Source: Patescibacteria group bacterium
GTDB lineage: Bacteria > Patescibacteriota > Patescibacteriia > SG8-24
Direction of reading: 5' to 3'
DNA: 64,000 nt
NCBI GenBank assembly: GCA_041667185.1
Contig: JBAYFM010000005.1
Location: forward strand, 9,285-73,284
Shown here: piece after piece, positions 30,754 to 39,535 of the stretch
Position numbering within the stretch: the stretch's first letter is position 1
Layout of the letters: each line of letters opens with the position of its first letter
Translations under genes and position numbers: made by a program
Notes under the pieces: model-generated
What the model saw: only the letters and a program-made list of their open reading frames with translations
Told to the model about the DNA's origin: nothing
Database searches by the model: none

Positions 30754-31308
30754 CTAGATGGTCATGATATCTTTCTCCTTCTCCTCCCCGGCAGACTTGA
30801 TCTTGTCGTTGAAGCCCGCCACCATCTTCTCCAGCTGTTCGAGCATCCGGTATTTGTCGTCCTCCGGAATCTCCTTGTCTTTCTCCTTGCGGATGATTTC
30901 CGCCTTGGCGTTCTCGCGCACGCCGCGGATGCCGATCCGAGCCTGCTCCAGTTTATCGCTCATGATCTTGGCGAGCTCCCGGCGACTCTCCTCGGTCAGC
31001 GCGGGCATGGAGATGCGGATGATCTTGCCCTGGATGACCGGATTCAGTCCGGTCTTGGCCTCCTGGATGCCGCGTTCGATATCTTTGAGCAGGTTCTTGT
31101 CCCAGGGATCGATGACGATGGTACGGGCGTCGGGCGTCGAGATCGAAGCCAGCCCCACGATCGGCGTCCGCGCGCCGTAGGCTTCGACCTGAATGTTCTC
31201 GACGAGCGCGGGCGTAGCGCGGCCGGTGCGGAGCGTCTTGAGTTCAAGATGCAGGAACTCGATGACCTCTTCGAAATCGTCGACGAGCGAAGTAAGGATG
31301 TCGGACAT
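30754..31308 (-). CDS. frr: ribosome recycling factor
   Basis: Full-length RRF-like. VEAYGARTP and characteristic coiled-coil C-terminus. Confidence 0.9.
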   Translation of the reverse strand: MSDILTSLVDDFEEVIEFLHLELKTLRTGRATPALVENIQVEAYGARTPIVGLASISTPDARTIVIDPWDKNLLKDIERGIQEAKTGLNPVIQGKIIRISMPALTEESRRELAKIMSDKLEQARIGIRGVRENAKAEIIRKEKDKEIPEDDKYRMLEQLEKMVAGFNDKIKSAGEEKEKDIMTI

Positions 31309-31322
31309 ATTCAGGAATGGAT

Positions 31323-32390
31323 TTATTGCTTGAACTTGGTCACGCCCAGGTACAGCACCGCGGAATTACGCTCGTCGATGTGGAGCACCGTGGCCGCCCG
31401 GCTCGTAGGCAAGCGCTTGGTATTCCAGTTGGCTCCGCCGTTCGCGGTCTTGTAGAAATTGGTCGCGGTGCCGTAATAAATAACGTTGGGATCCTTGGGA
31501 TCGATGGCCAGCGAATAGATGCTGACCGAACCCGGGGCGGTCAGGAGATCGATCTTCTGCCAGGTGTCGCCACCATCAGCCGAACGGATCAAGCCATACT
31601 TCGAAGCCAGGATCATGATCTTGGGGTCGGAGACGCCGAACGCCAGGTCGCTGAACTCGCGGGCGCCGGAGAAATCCTTGTATTTCTGGCTCAGATCATC
31701 CCACTTGGCGCCACCGTCCGTGGTGCGCCAGATGCCGTTCGATTTCGTCGCCACGTAGACGCGGCGCGAATCGGCGCCGCTCACATAGATCCGCATGATG
31801 TCGTCGTTGTTGAAGATCTTGATGTTGTCCCAGTAATTCCCGCCGTCAACGCTCTTCAGCAGATCACCGGCGCTCGTCGCGATCCAGACGACGTTCGGAT
31901 CGTAATGGTCGATGGCCACAGCCTTGATCCGCTTGTCCGTCCGCGTATCCGTGAACGGCACGGTAAAGGTCCGGGAGCAATCGTCGGTCCGGAGCAGTTT
32001 ATTCTCGGAAGTGGCGTAGATGATGCATTTGTCCTTGGGGTGCACGGCGATCGAGGAGACCCGGCCGCGGCTGACGGCGCCAGGCTGATACCAGGATTCG
32101 CCGCCGTCGTAGGTGAAATACAGACCCTGTTCGGTGGTGCCGATATAGAGCGCATTCGGATCCTGCGGATCCTGAACGATGGTCGCCACGGAGGCGCCGT
32201 TGAAATTGCGCCGCTCGCCGGTGATCGTCGGCATGGCGTTCTTCTGCGCCCAAGCGTCGCCCTTGTTGGTCGATTTATAGATGCCGCCGTCGCCCAGGCT
32301 GGACGTGGTGGAACCGATGGAGATGCAGCCGGCGCCGGCGAAGATCAAGACGGCCGCGGCCATTCCGAACAGGGTTAAGGACTTGCGCAT
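31323..32390 (-). CDS. lipoprotein with BNR/Asp-box repeats (beta-propeller, Ycf48-like)
   Basis: Signal peptide plus AGAGC lipobox. Six SxDxGxxW Asp-box motifs (STNKGDAW, TYDGGESW, SVDGGNYW, TTDGGAKW, SADGGDTW, TANGGANW). Confidence 0.65.
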   Translation of the reverse strand: MRKSLTLFGMAAAVLIFAGAGCISIGSTTSSLGDGGIYKSTNKGDAWAQKNAMPTITGERRNFNGASVATIVQDPQDPNALYIGTTEQGLYFTYDGGESWYQPGAVSRGRVSSIAVHPKDKCIIYATSENKLLRTDDCSRTFTVPFTDTRTDKRIKAVAIDHYDPNVVWIATSAGDLLKSVDGGNYWDNIKIFNNDDIMRIYVSGADSRRVYVATKSNGIWRTTDGGAKWDDLSQKYKDFSGAREFSDLAFGVSDPKIMILASKYGLIRSADGGDTWQKIDLLTAPGSVSIYSLAIDPKDPNVIYYGTATNFYKTANGGANWNTKRLPTSRAATVLHIDERNSAVLYLGVTKFKQ

Positions 32391-32492
32391 GTTGCTCTGG
32401 TTAGGGGTTTCTTCGGATTTTTGAGCGCGTCAGCGTCCGTTCAGGCCGGATGCCTGGCGGGACTCTAAAGTAAGGACAATTTTAGCACGGCC

Positions 32493-33491
32493 TCAGGCTA
32501 AATCAAAGGCCAAAGCCAGCGAGCCCCAGACGCCGCGTAGTCCGATATTCTCATCGATGAGTTTGCGCGCGGCGATGGCTGCCTCGAGGACGCGGACCGC
32601 GCCGGCGGTCTGGAGCGCATCCGACCAGGCCGTGAGCGCCGGCAGCGCATCAACGTGCACGATCTTCTCGCCCGCGCCAGCGGCCACGAGCAGGACATCG
32701 CGCAGCAGTTCGATGAGCAGATCAAGGATCCTGTGCCCCTCGACCGCCGCCTCGTTGAACGGAAGTTTTTCCGGCACCAAACTCTCGAGCAGGCGCCAGC
32801 GCTCGGTCGGACCGGCGGCAGCGAGCTGCAGCAGCTGGTTGCGGCGTTCGAGCAGCGCTTCGAGCGCCGCCGGTTCGCGCCAGAGTTCGATAGCCTTGCC
32901 CGGGCAGCCGGCGGCGAGACGCGCCAATAATTCAGATCGGCCGATCTCGCAGCCGAGGCTGCGCAGATGTTCGGCGATCGCCGCGGCGGCCACGCGGCCG
33001 AAAGTCAGCACCTGGCAGCGCGACCTGACCGTCGGCGAGACCGCGGCGGCGGACTCGGCGAGCAGGATGATCAGGGTCTTGTCTTTCGGTTCTTCGAGGC
33101 TCTTGAGCAGCGCGTTCCCGGCTTCTTTATTCAACAGCTCGGCTCCGTCGAGAATCACGACCTTCCAGACGCCGGCCATGGCGCCGAGCGCCAGCCAGCC
33201 GCGCAGCGCATGGACCTGATCGAGAACGATATCCGCGCGCAGCTTGTCGGTCTTGGGATCGCGCCCGCGCTCGACGACGCGGAAATCCGGATGGCGGTCG
33301 AGCGGTGTTTCCGCGCCCAGGACCAATTCGGCCGCGCGCCGGGCCGCGGCCATCTTGCCGATCTGCGCCGGACCGGCGAAAAGATAGGCGTGCGCCAGCC
33401 GACCGCGCGAAAAAGCCCGGCTGAGAAGCTCCAGGTTCTGCTCGTGGCCGATGACGGTTGAAGATTGCGGTCCGGAAACGGCAGATTTCAT
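32493..33491 (-). CDS. holB: DNA polymerase III subunit delta'
   Basis: AYLFAGPAQIGK P-loop-like. LNKEAGNALLKSLEEP. Confidence 0.8.
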   Translation of the reverse strand: MKSAVSGPQSSTVIGHEQNLELLSRAFSRGRLAHAYLFAGPAQIGKMAAARRAAELVLGAETPLDRHPDFRVVERGRDPKTDKLRADIVLDQVHALRGWLALGAMAGVWKVVILDGAELLNKEAGNALLKSLEEPKDKTLIILLAESAAAVSPTVRSRCQVLTFGRVAAAAIAEHLRSLGCEIGRSELLARLAAGCPGKAIELWREPAALEALLERRNQLLQLAAAGPTERWRLLESLVPEKLPFNEAAVEGHRILDLLIELLRDVLLVAAGAGEKIVHVDALPALTAWSDALQTAGAVRVLEAAIAARKLIDENIGLRGVWGSLALAFDLA

Positions 33492-33537
33492 ATCTTGGCT
33501 CTCCGCAGTATAGCACTGGCCTTTGGCTAATGGCTAT

Positions 33538-33627
33538 TAGGAGAGACGGAGTCAGGAAGAGACGGAGTCAGGGAGTGCTGGAGTGCTGGAGTTTTTGTCG
33601 GGTCTCCCCGACTTCGCAACTTCGCGA
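33538..33627. repeat. dispersed composite inverted-repeat element, copy B (left border of orphan island)
   Basis: GAGACGGAGTCAGG (x2), then GGAGTGCTGGAGTGCTGGAG, then TTTTTGTCGGGTCTCCCCGAC core. Confidence 0.65.
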
Positions 33628-33659
33628 AATTCAAGCTCTTGTCGCATCACCAGCCACGA

Positions 33660-33688
33660 TTGACAAGCAGCGATATTTCTGCTAAGTT
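33660..33688 (+). promoter_or_regulatory. candidate sigma70 promoter plus downstream palindrome GTCAC-tagcc-GTGAC
   Basis: TTGACA, 17-nt spacer, TAAGTT. Inverted repeat at 33694-33708. Confidence 0.4.
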
Positions 33689-33740
33689 GCCCTGTCACTA
33701 GCCGTGACCAAGTCGCCCTTTCCCAAACCAGGAGGAACAC

Positions 33741-33983
33741 ATGAACGCGAACACCAGACAGGTCTTCACAAGCAGCAGCGTTGGCGCGGAGAACAAGCCT
33801 GAAAAGACCCTTTCGCCAGACGACCTGCTCAAGGAGATTGCGGACTCAAGATGGAACCGGCTCAGCCACAACTCCCGGTGTGTCGACGCGCGAGCCAAGC
33901 TCATCATCAAGCGCTTGCCGCTCTGGTTCTACAAGGAACCAAACAAGAACTGGTTCTACAAGGAACCGATCAAGAAAGGTTGA
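33741..33983 (+). CDS. small hypothetical protein (80 aa) with C-terminal micro-duplication
   Basis: SD AGGAGG 6 nt upstream. The WFYKEPNKN / WFYKEPIKKG duplication is 27 nt long. Confidence 0.4.
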   Translation: MNANTRQVFTSSSVGAENKPEKTLSPDDLLKEIADSRWNRLSHNSRCVDARAKLIIKRLPLWFYKEPNKNWFYKEPIKKG

Positions 33984-34077
33984 GGACTCGAGATGGAACC
34001 GGCTCAGTCACAACTCCCAGTGCGTCGACATGCGAGAAATGTATGTCCTCGGACGTTTGCCGCTCTGGTTCTTCTAG
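33975..34077 (+). pseudogene. frameshifted duplicate of the 3' half of the 33741 ORF
   Basis: About 100 nt at ~80% identity to 33838-33935, read in another frame (EDSRWNRLSHNSQCVDMREMYVLGRLPLWFF vs ADSRWNRLSHNSRCVDARAKLIIKRLPLWFY). Confidence 0.4.
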
Positions 34078-34103
34078 CCGGAACGACCCGCTCGACAGAA
34101 AAA

Positions 34104-34131
34104 CCTGGCATCAGCTTTGCCAGGTTTTTTT
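34104..34131 (+). terminator. rho-independent terminator
   Basis: CCTGGCA-tcagctt-TGCCAGG followed by a T7 tract. Confidence 0.55.
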
Positions 34132-34206
34132 ATTTGTTCTCAGCCAAATTTTGGATATTCAGCCTAAATAAGCCTAAATCATTGTCGATAACTTTGTCAG
34201 CCACCC

Positions 34207-34235
34207 TTGACAAAATACCAAATCCGTGCTATATT
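34207..34235 (+). promoter_or_regulatory. strong candidate sigma70 promoter in AT-rich segment
   Basis: TTGACA, 17-nt spacer, TATATT. Local GC is far below the window average. Confidence 0.5.
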
Positions 34236-34312
34236 ACTCGCACGATAGTCATTATCTAGAGTCGTACCTTACAACCAACCATGAGCCTAAAAAGCTCGAT
34301 CGGAGACAGACC

Positions 34313-34876
34313 ATGGTGTTTCATGACAACAGCGAGCCGAAGTACTATCTGCGCTTCTCGATGCGCAGACGCGGCACGATCAAGGACACCAACCTGATCG
34401 AGCGTGATCCCCTGAGGTACGAGGGTCGGACGAACGACGAGATCCTCATCGCCCGCGGCGAAAACCCGGAAGCCCTGATCGACTTCCGCAGCGCTGAGAA
34501 CGATCTGATCGCTTCGATCGACGACGATCTCGTCGAACCGACGTTCTGCTCGGCCAAGTCCGCTCCGGACGATGTGTTCGATCATGTCTACGAATATCTC
34601 TACTTGCAATGGCTCGACGAACTCGCAAACGATGATCTCGGCGAACGCAACGGCTTTCGCGACATCATGTCGCCGTCCTACGCGCCAGATGTCACCGTCG
34701 TCCCGCGATTCGTCGGCCGCCGGATCGATGATCTGCCCCGCCGCATCGGCAGCCAGCGTCTGGCCGAGTACACGAACCCCAACCTCATCGAGGATCGTCA
34801 GGACGGATGCCGCGCCGCGGAACTCCGCAGCTGGAAGAATCTGCGCATCCTCAGGCAGTTCGATCGCCACCGGTGA
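34313..34876 (+). CDS. orphan hypothetical protein (acidic, no recognisable domain)
   Basis: SD GGAG. Start at MVFHDNSEPKYY. A longer alternative start lies at 34226. Confidence 0.5.
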   Translation: MVFHDNSEPKYYLRFSMRRRGTIKDTNLIERDPLRYEGRTNDEILIARGENPEALIDFRSAENDLIASIDDDLVEPTFCSAKSAPDDVFDHVYEYLYLQWLDELANDDLGERNGFRDIMSPSYAPDVTVVPRFVGRRIDDLPRRIGSQRLAEYTNPNLIEDRQDGCRAAELRSWKNLRILRQFDRHR

Positions 34877-34954
34877 GCACGACCGAAGTCTCATGGTTCC
34901 CGCCTCTAAGAGACCCCTGTTCCGTTCTGGAATGGGGGTCTTTTCAATTTAAAG

Positions 34955-35046
34955 AGAGAGTGCGGGAGTGCAGGAGAGACGGAGTTGGGGAGATTTGAGA
35001 ACTTCGTCTCTCCCTGACTCCGTTTCTCCCTGACTCCCCCACTCCT
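34955..35046. repeat. dispersed composite inverted-repeat element, copy C (right border of orphan island)
   Basis: GAGTGCGGGAGTGCAGGAGAGACGGAGTTGGGGAG ... CTCCCTGACTCCGTTTCTCCCTGACTCCCCCACTCC. Confidence 0.65.
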
Positions 35047-35049
35047 AAA

Positions 35050-35080
35050 AAGTGTCAGCCTCTTGACACTATTTTTTATA
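35050..35080 (+). terminator. candidate terminator
   Basis: AGTGTCAGCCTCTTGACACT hairpin followed by ATTTTTTA. Confidence 0.4.
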
Positions 35081-35130
35081 TCCCCTACTGTCCGAGTACC
35101 CATGGGTCATTTAATTCACCTAACCCCGCT

Positions 35131-35745
35131 ATGCGGTACACGAAGTACTACTTCGCTTTGGGCGTCGTCGCGGCCGTCGGGACCTCGACTTTCGCTCTGA
35201 CCGCGCTGGCCTCCAAACCTATGCCAGCCACGCCGAAAGACGCCGAGAACGGGCTTCAAGCCCGACCGGCCGAACTGCGAGCCGCAGCCTTAAAGAATGT
35301 CCGCCGTTTCCGCGGACGCGACGAGCTGCGCCTGGACTACCAGGCGACATCGTCTAATCCTTATCGCGACGACGCGTCGCTCATCGAAACCTATGTCGAT
35401 GATGAGGGCAACGAGTATTGGGTCGATCGGGCAACTGACGCTTTGGTCCAAATGGGTCCGGCAGCGGGTGCCGATACGCCGGCATACGCGGCTCGACCGG
35501 AGGACCGACTTCCGGTCGCGGCGCTGAGGACTCTCGCGCTGCAATACGCGGAAGCGGCGCGTCCCGGTTTTGCGGAACGCCTGAGCACGCTGCATCCGCT
35601 CGAAGATAACCGGGAGCGGCGGATCTATTTCTTCCGCTGGGACGATTTCTCGGCGCCGGTCGGTGAATCCGAGCTGCCGCCGTTCCTCCAGGTGGCCATC
35701 AGGGCCGACGGGCGGCTGGCGAGCTTCACCGACACGCTGCGCTGA
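35131..35745 (+). CDS. secreted hypothetical protein
   Basis: N-terminal signal peptide. No recognisable motif. Confidence 0.55.
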   Translation: MRYTKYYFALGVVAAVGTSTFALTALASKPMPATPKDAENGLQARPAELRAAALKNVRRFRGRDELRLDYQATSSNPYRDDASLIETYVDDEGNEYWVDRATDALVQMGPAAGADTPAYAARPEDRLPVAALRTLALQYAEAARPGFAERLSTLHPLEDNRERRIYFFRWDDFSAPVGESELPPFLQVAIRADGRLASFTDTLR

Positions 35746-36274
35746 CCCAGCGCGGAACTATCAGGCGAAAACGAAAAAGACCAGGTCGCCGAGCGACGAA
35801 ATAAACATCAACTTTCAGAACAGTGAACGTCGGATATCGGCGGCCAACCAGCGGCTGACAGATGATGGATAGCTTGAGAGTCGCTGGTTCGGAGAGAGCG
35901 CGCTCTTTGACACGACCCGAAAACGAGACAAGACGAAAACCGACGGAGTTGCGTGGGAACTCCGCCGGTTTTTCGTTCGGTATGTCCTGACACGGCGATG
36001 GCGAGACCGCCGCCGGACACCTCCGTATTATGGTGTCCTTGCGGCGGTGGTCTCGCCGACGTCTAACTCACTCAAAAATTGCTTCGTTGACAAGCGCTCG
36101 GCCTGCGGAGGCGGCAAGGCATTGCCGCCTGGCCTCACGATAAGTAGACGAGTCTTCCGCAAGGTGTGCTGCGCACATTTTTAAAATGCCCGGCGTCTGA
36201 ATGCCAGGCAACGGACTTCTTTCATTTTATTTTCCTCACCTCCACGACGGACTAATCGCCGCAATCGAATTCAT

Positions 36275-36634
36275 TCAACGCTCAAGACCTTCCAATTCCA
36301 GCGCGATTAGTCCGAACTTCTTGATCTTCTCCCTGTAGCCGGGGAAACTCTCGTACATCGCCTTGAGCGCCGCGGCCGTCCGGACGTCCGGATTGATGTC
36401 CCTGACGCGATAGCGCCTAAGGAGCGCCGGCAACGACCGGAAAATACGCGCGCTTTTCACTATTTTCGCGAAACTATCGCGGCCGCAGACGAACAATATC
36501 TGATCGCCGCCCGCGATATCGCGGTATCTCTCGGTGGCCGCCCGCGTCTCGACGGTCTTTTCACCAGACCTGACGGAATCAAAAATATCCCTGTCGATCT
36601 CCCGGAACCGCAGTCTGTACGTCTTGCCAGCCAT
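36275..36634 (-). CDS. ASCH (PUA-like) domain protein
   Basis: 119 aa, MAGKTYRLRFREIDRDIFDSVRSGEKTVETR ASCH-like N-terminus. The remainder of the listed 343-aa ORF is an out-of-frame overlap with murD. Confidence 0.5.
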   Translation of the reverse strand: MAGKTYRLRFREIDRDIFDSVRSGEKTVETRAATERYRDIAGGDQILFVCGRDSFAKIVKSARIFRSLPALLRRYRVRDINPDVRTAAALKAMYESFPGYREKIKKFGLIALELEGLER

Positions 36635-36636
36635 AG

Positions 36637-38121
36637 TCAGCGCAATTTCTTCACCTCCGCGACGAACTGGTCGCCGCGGTCGAATTCGTTGATGAAGAGG
36701 CCGAAGCTGGCGCAGCCGGGCGATAACAAGATAACGTCGCCACGCTCGGCTTGCATCAGAGCCAGCTTCACGGCCTCGGGCATGGTCTTGGCCATTCCCC
36801 GCAGGACCTTGTTGCCGGCCGCGGCGAGCGCCGCTTCCATCTTCACGGTCGCCGCGCCCTCGAACAGGACGAGATATTTCACGTGGCGGCGGACCTGTTT
36901 GGCCCAGTCCTCGAACCGCAAAGCTTTGTCCGCGCCACCGGCAAGCAGAATGATCTTCTTGGTCTGACCAGCGGACAAAGCGCGCAAAGCTGCGATCGCG
37001 GCGTCCGGCGTGGTCGCCGTCGTGTCGTTCACGAACCTGATCCCGCGCTTGGCCGCGATCTCTTCGAGCCGACCGGGCACGCCGTGAAACTCGCGGACGA
37101 CCTTGGCGATGGTCTGAACCGGAATACCCATGACCGCGGCGGCCGCGCAAGCCGCGAGCACGTTGCCGACGTTGTGGCTGCCGAGGATCTTGAGCGAGCG
37201 GAGCGGCAGCAGTGTCGTTTCTTTGCCGCCCGCGGCCAGCACGATCTTGCCGGTTCGCACGAAACAACCCTCGGCTTTCTTGACCGGCTTCTCCGCGAAC
37301 CACCACACTCGCGGCTGGCCGCTAGCCAATAGCTTATGGCCGATAGCTGCTAGCCGTCCGTCGCCGGCGTTCAGAATAGCCGTGTCCCCCGCTCCCTGGA
37401 ACATCACGTTCAGTTCCTTGGCGCGGGCGTAATCATCCATGCTGTTATTATAACGGTTCAAGTGATCCTCCATGATGTTCGTGATCACGGCGACGCGCGG
37501 ACTCAGCCGATGTTTCTCCAGGCCTTCGAGCTGCCAGGACGAAAGTTCCAGCACGATCGGCGGCGGGGCGACCGGTTTCTTCCGCGCCTTCATCTCCAGG
37601 AGCCCGTCGAGAGCGTCCATGGGCGAAATGCGGATGTTGCCGCCGACCACCGTGCGGCGGTCGTGAGCCTCGCAGATGTCCGCGAGCAGCGTCGTCGTGG
37701 TCGTCTTGCCCTTGGTGCCAGTGACGGCCGTGATGGGATACGGACAGAGCAAAAAAAACAGGCTGATATCGGATTCCACCGGCACCTGGCGACTGCGCGC
37801 CCGGGACAGGAACGGGTTGTCGCGGGGCACGGCCGGATTCTGGATGACCATGTTGGCCTCCGTGAAGTCTTTTTCCTCGTGACGACCCAGGACGTAGATG
37901 AAGCGATGGACGTCGGACTCGCCGAAACAGAACACGGCTTCCTGATAAGTTTTTTCCAATTCCGCCACGGAAGCGGCGAGCTGGGCGGGATCCTTGAGAT
38001 CGGTCACCGTGACGACCGCGCCGTGGCGCATCAGCCACTTGGCGATGCCGACGCCGCCGCCATGGAGGCCCAGCCCCATGACGGTGATCTTTTTATTTCG
38101 GAACCACTCCAGACCGTACAT
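36637..38121 (-). CDS. murD: UDP-N-acetylmuramoylalanine--D-glutamate ligase
   Basis: ITVMGLGLHGGG Rossmann region. GTKGKTTTTTLLA P-loop. Mur ligase C-terminal region. Start at MYGLEWF. Confidence 0.85.
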   Translation of the reverse strand: MYGLEWFRNKKITVMGLGLHGGGVGIAKWLMRHGAVVTVTDLKDPAQLAASVAELEKTYQEAVFCFGESDVHRFIYVLGRHEEKDFTEANMVIQNPAVPRDNPFLSRARSRQVPVESDISLFFLLCPYPITAVTGTKGKTTTTTLLADICEAHDRRTVVGGNIRISPMDALDGLLEMKARKKPVAPPPIVLELSSWQLEGLEKHRLSPRVAVITNIMEDHLNRYNNSMDDYARAKELNVMFQGAGDTAILNAGDGRLAAIGHKLLASGQPRVWWFAEKPVKKAEGCFVRTGKIVLAAGGKETTLLPLRSLKILGSHNVGNVLAACAAAAVMGIPVQTIAKVVREFHGVPGRLEEIAAKRGIRFVNDTTATTPDAAIAALRALSAGQTKKIILLAGGADKALRFEDWAKQVRRHVKYLVLFEGAATVKMEAALAAAGNKVLRGMAKTMPEAVKLALMQAERGDVILLSPGCASFGLFINEFDRGDQFVAEVKKLR

Positions 38122-38135
38122 AAATGATGGCGTTC

Positions 38136-38870
38136 TCAAGTGCGCGGGACGACCTCTGCGGGCGGATGACCGGGCCGATGCTTGTGGTTCATGTGCGCGC
38201 CCTTTTCCCGGAATTGCGCCCGCGCGAGCCGCACGGCAGCCATCGCGGCCGCGACCTCGAACCACATGGAAAGATAACCGGCGAGTCCGCGCCAAAAACC
38301 GACCTTGGCCATCTTGCGCGTGATACTGAGTCCAGACAAGACCACGAAGCCATAAGCCAAACGATTGGCGCGGCAAAAATAATTGAGCGCCGTCTCGGTC
38401 TTGAAACCGCGCAGATAACTTTCAGGCAACAGGTCGAAGATCTCGCGCCGCAACGCCCGTTCGCCGCTCACGAGCGGCAATAATTTCGCGATCGCGGTCC
38501 AGACCGGGCCGCGATCCCGCAGGCCGACATTCATCTGGCGGACGCCCGCGACCACGGGCTCGAGAAGCAGCCGGACGTGTTCCGTCGTGAGTCCCTGGAG
38601 ATCGGCGTCGAAAAAACAGACGATCGCGGCGTCGGTGTGCATGACGCCGTGAGCGAGGGCTGAGCCCTTGCCATACTTGAACGGCAATTCATGGACCAGC
38701 GTGGCGCCGGCGGCGCGCGCTTCTTCGGCCGTCGCGTCGGTAGAGCCGTCGGAGACGACGATGATCTCGTCGAACCGGCCGGAAGCGGCCGCGGTCCGGA
38801 CGACCTGGCCGATCCGGCCCGCTTCATTGAACGCCGGCACCACGGCCGCGGTCTTCGGTCCTCCGGTCAT
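38136..38870 (-). CDS. family 2 glycosyltransferase (dolichyl-phosphate sugar transferase-like)
   Basis: VVPAFNEAGRI, IIVVSDGSTD and FFDADL DxD motifs. Confidence 0.75.
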   Translation of the reverse strand: MTGGPKTAAVVPAFNEAGRIGQVVRTAAASGRFDEIIVVSDGSTDATAEEARAAGATLVHELPFKYGKGSALAHGVMHTDAAIVCFFDADLQGLTTEHVRLLLEPVVAGVRQMNVGLRDRGPVWTAIAKLLPLVSGERALRREIFDLLPESYLRGFKTETALNYFCRANRLAYGFVVLSGLSITRKMAKVGFWRGLAGYLSMWFEVAAAMAAVRLARAQFREKGAHMNHKHRPGHPPAEVVPRT

Positions 38871-38872
38871 AG

Positions 38873-39448
38873 CTATTTCGAACGCAGCGACAATTCGTAA
38901 AGCACCTCTTCGGCGCGGCGCAGGTTATTCTTGGCCTGATCGAACTTGTTGCGGAGATAACCGCCGAGGTCCATGTCCAAAAGTTCCGCCACGATCGCCT
39001 CCATGAGTTCTTTGATGCGTTTGACCTCGTCGAGCTTGCCCTCGGTCGCGAGCCGCACCTGGCGGCGCTGCAGTTCGCCGGTGAGATCCGACAATCCGGA
39101 AAGATAGATCTCGTAATCGACGTTCTCGATCTCGACGCGGCCGACATCGCCCGTGGCGAGATAGCGGCGATACAATTCGGCCTCGACGAACTCTTCGAGC
39201 GCCGCCCGGAACGATCCCTCGGCCGAGACGTCGAGTTGCGAACCGACCGCTTTCACGATCGCAGCCAGGCCGGAACCGGCCTCTTCGAGCAGTTTGGCCG
39301 CGGCCGCCGCATCGTCGCGATGCAACGCGAAGATGGCGCGCTTCGACGCCGACAGGGCGTCGCCGGACGATTTGATGACCTCGCGCCGGGACGCTTCGTA
39401 AACAGCGACCTGCGAGCGCACTTCGGAAAGATATTCCCGATCCAACAT
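38873..39448 (-). CDS. hypothetical alpha-helical protein
   Basis: 191 aa. No confidently recognisable family. Confidence 0.45.
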   Translation of the reverse strand: MLDREYLSEVRSQVAVYEASRREVIKSSGDALSASKRAIFALHRDDAAAAAKLLEEAGSGLAAIVKAVGSQLDVSAEGSFRAALEEFVEAELYRRYLATGDVGRVEIENVDYEIYLSGLSDLTGELQRRQVRLATEGKLDEVKRIKELMEAIVAELLDMDLGGYLRNKFDQAKNNLRRAEEVLYELSLRSK

Positions 39449-39535
39449 AAATGTGACGATAAAACCGTGACTGAACCTGAACTAAAGAATATGGCTCCGG
39501 GAGCTATTAATCAAGCCGCGCGATGCCGTCGCGGC

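Noticed and set aside
36637-38376. N-terminal 85-aa extension of the murD ORF and the 343-aa ORF 36275-37306
   Set aside because: The extensions lack homology and overlap neighbouring genes out of frame. The conserved MurD N-terminus begins at MYGLEWF, and the ASCH domain protein begins at MAGKTYRL.
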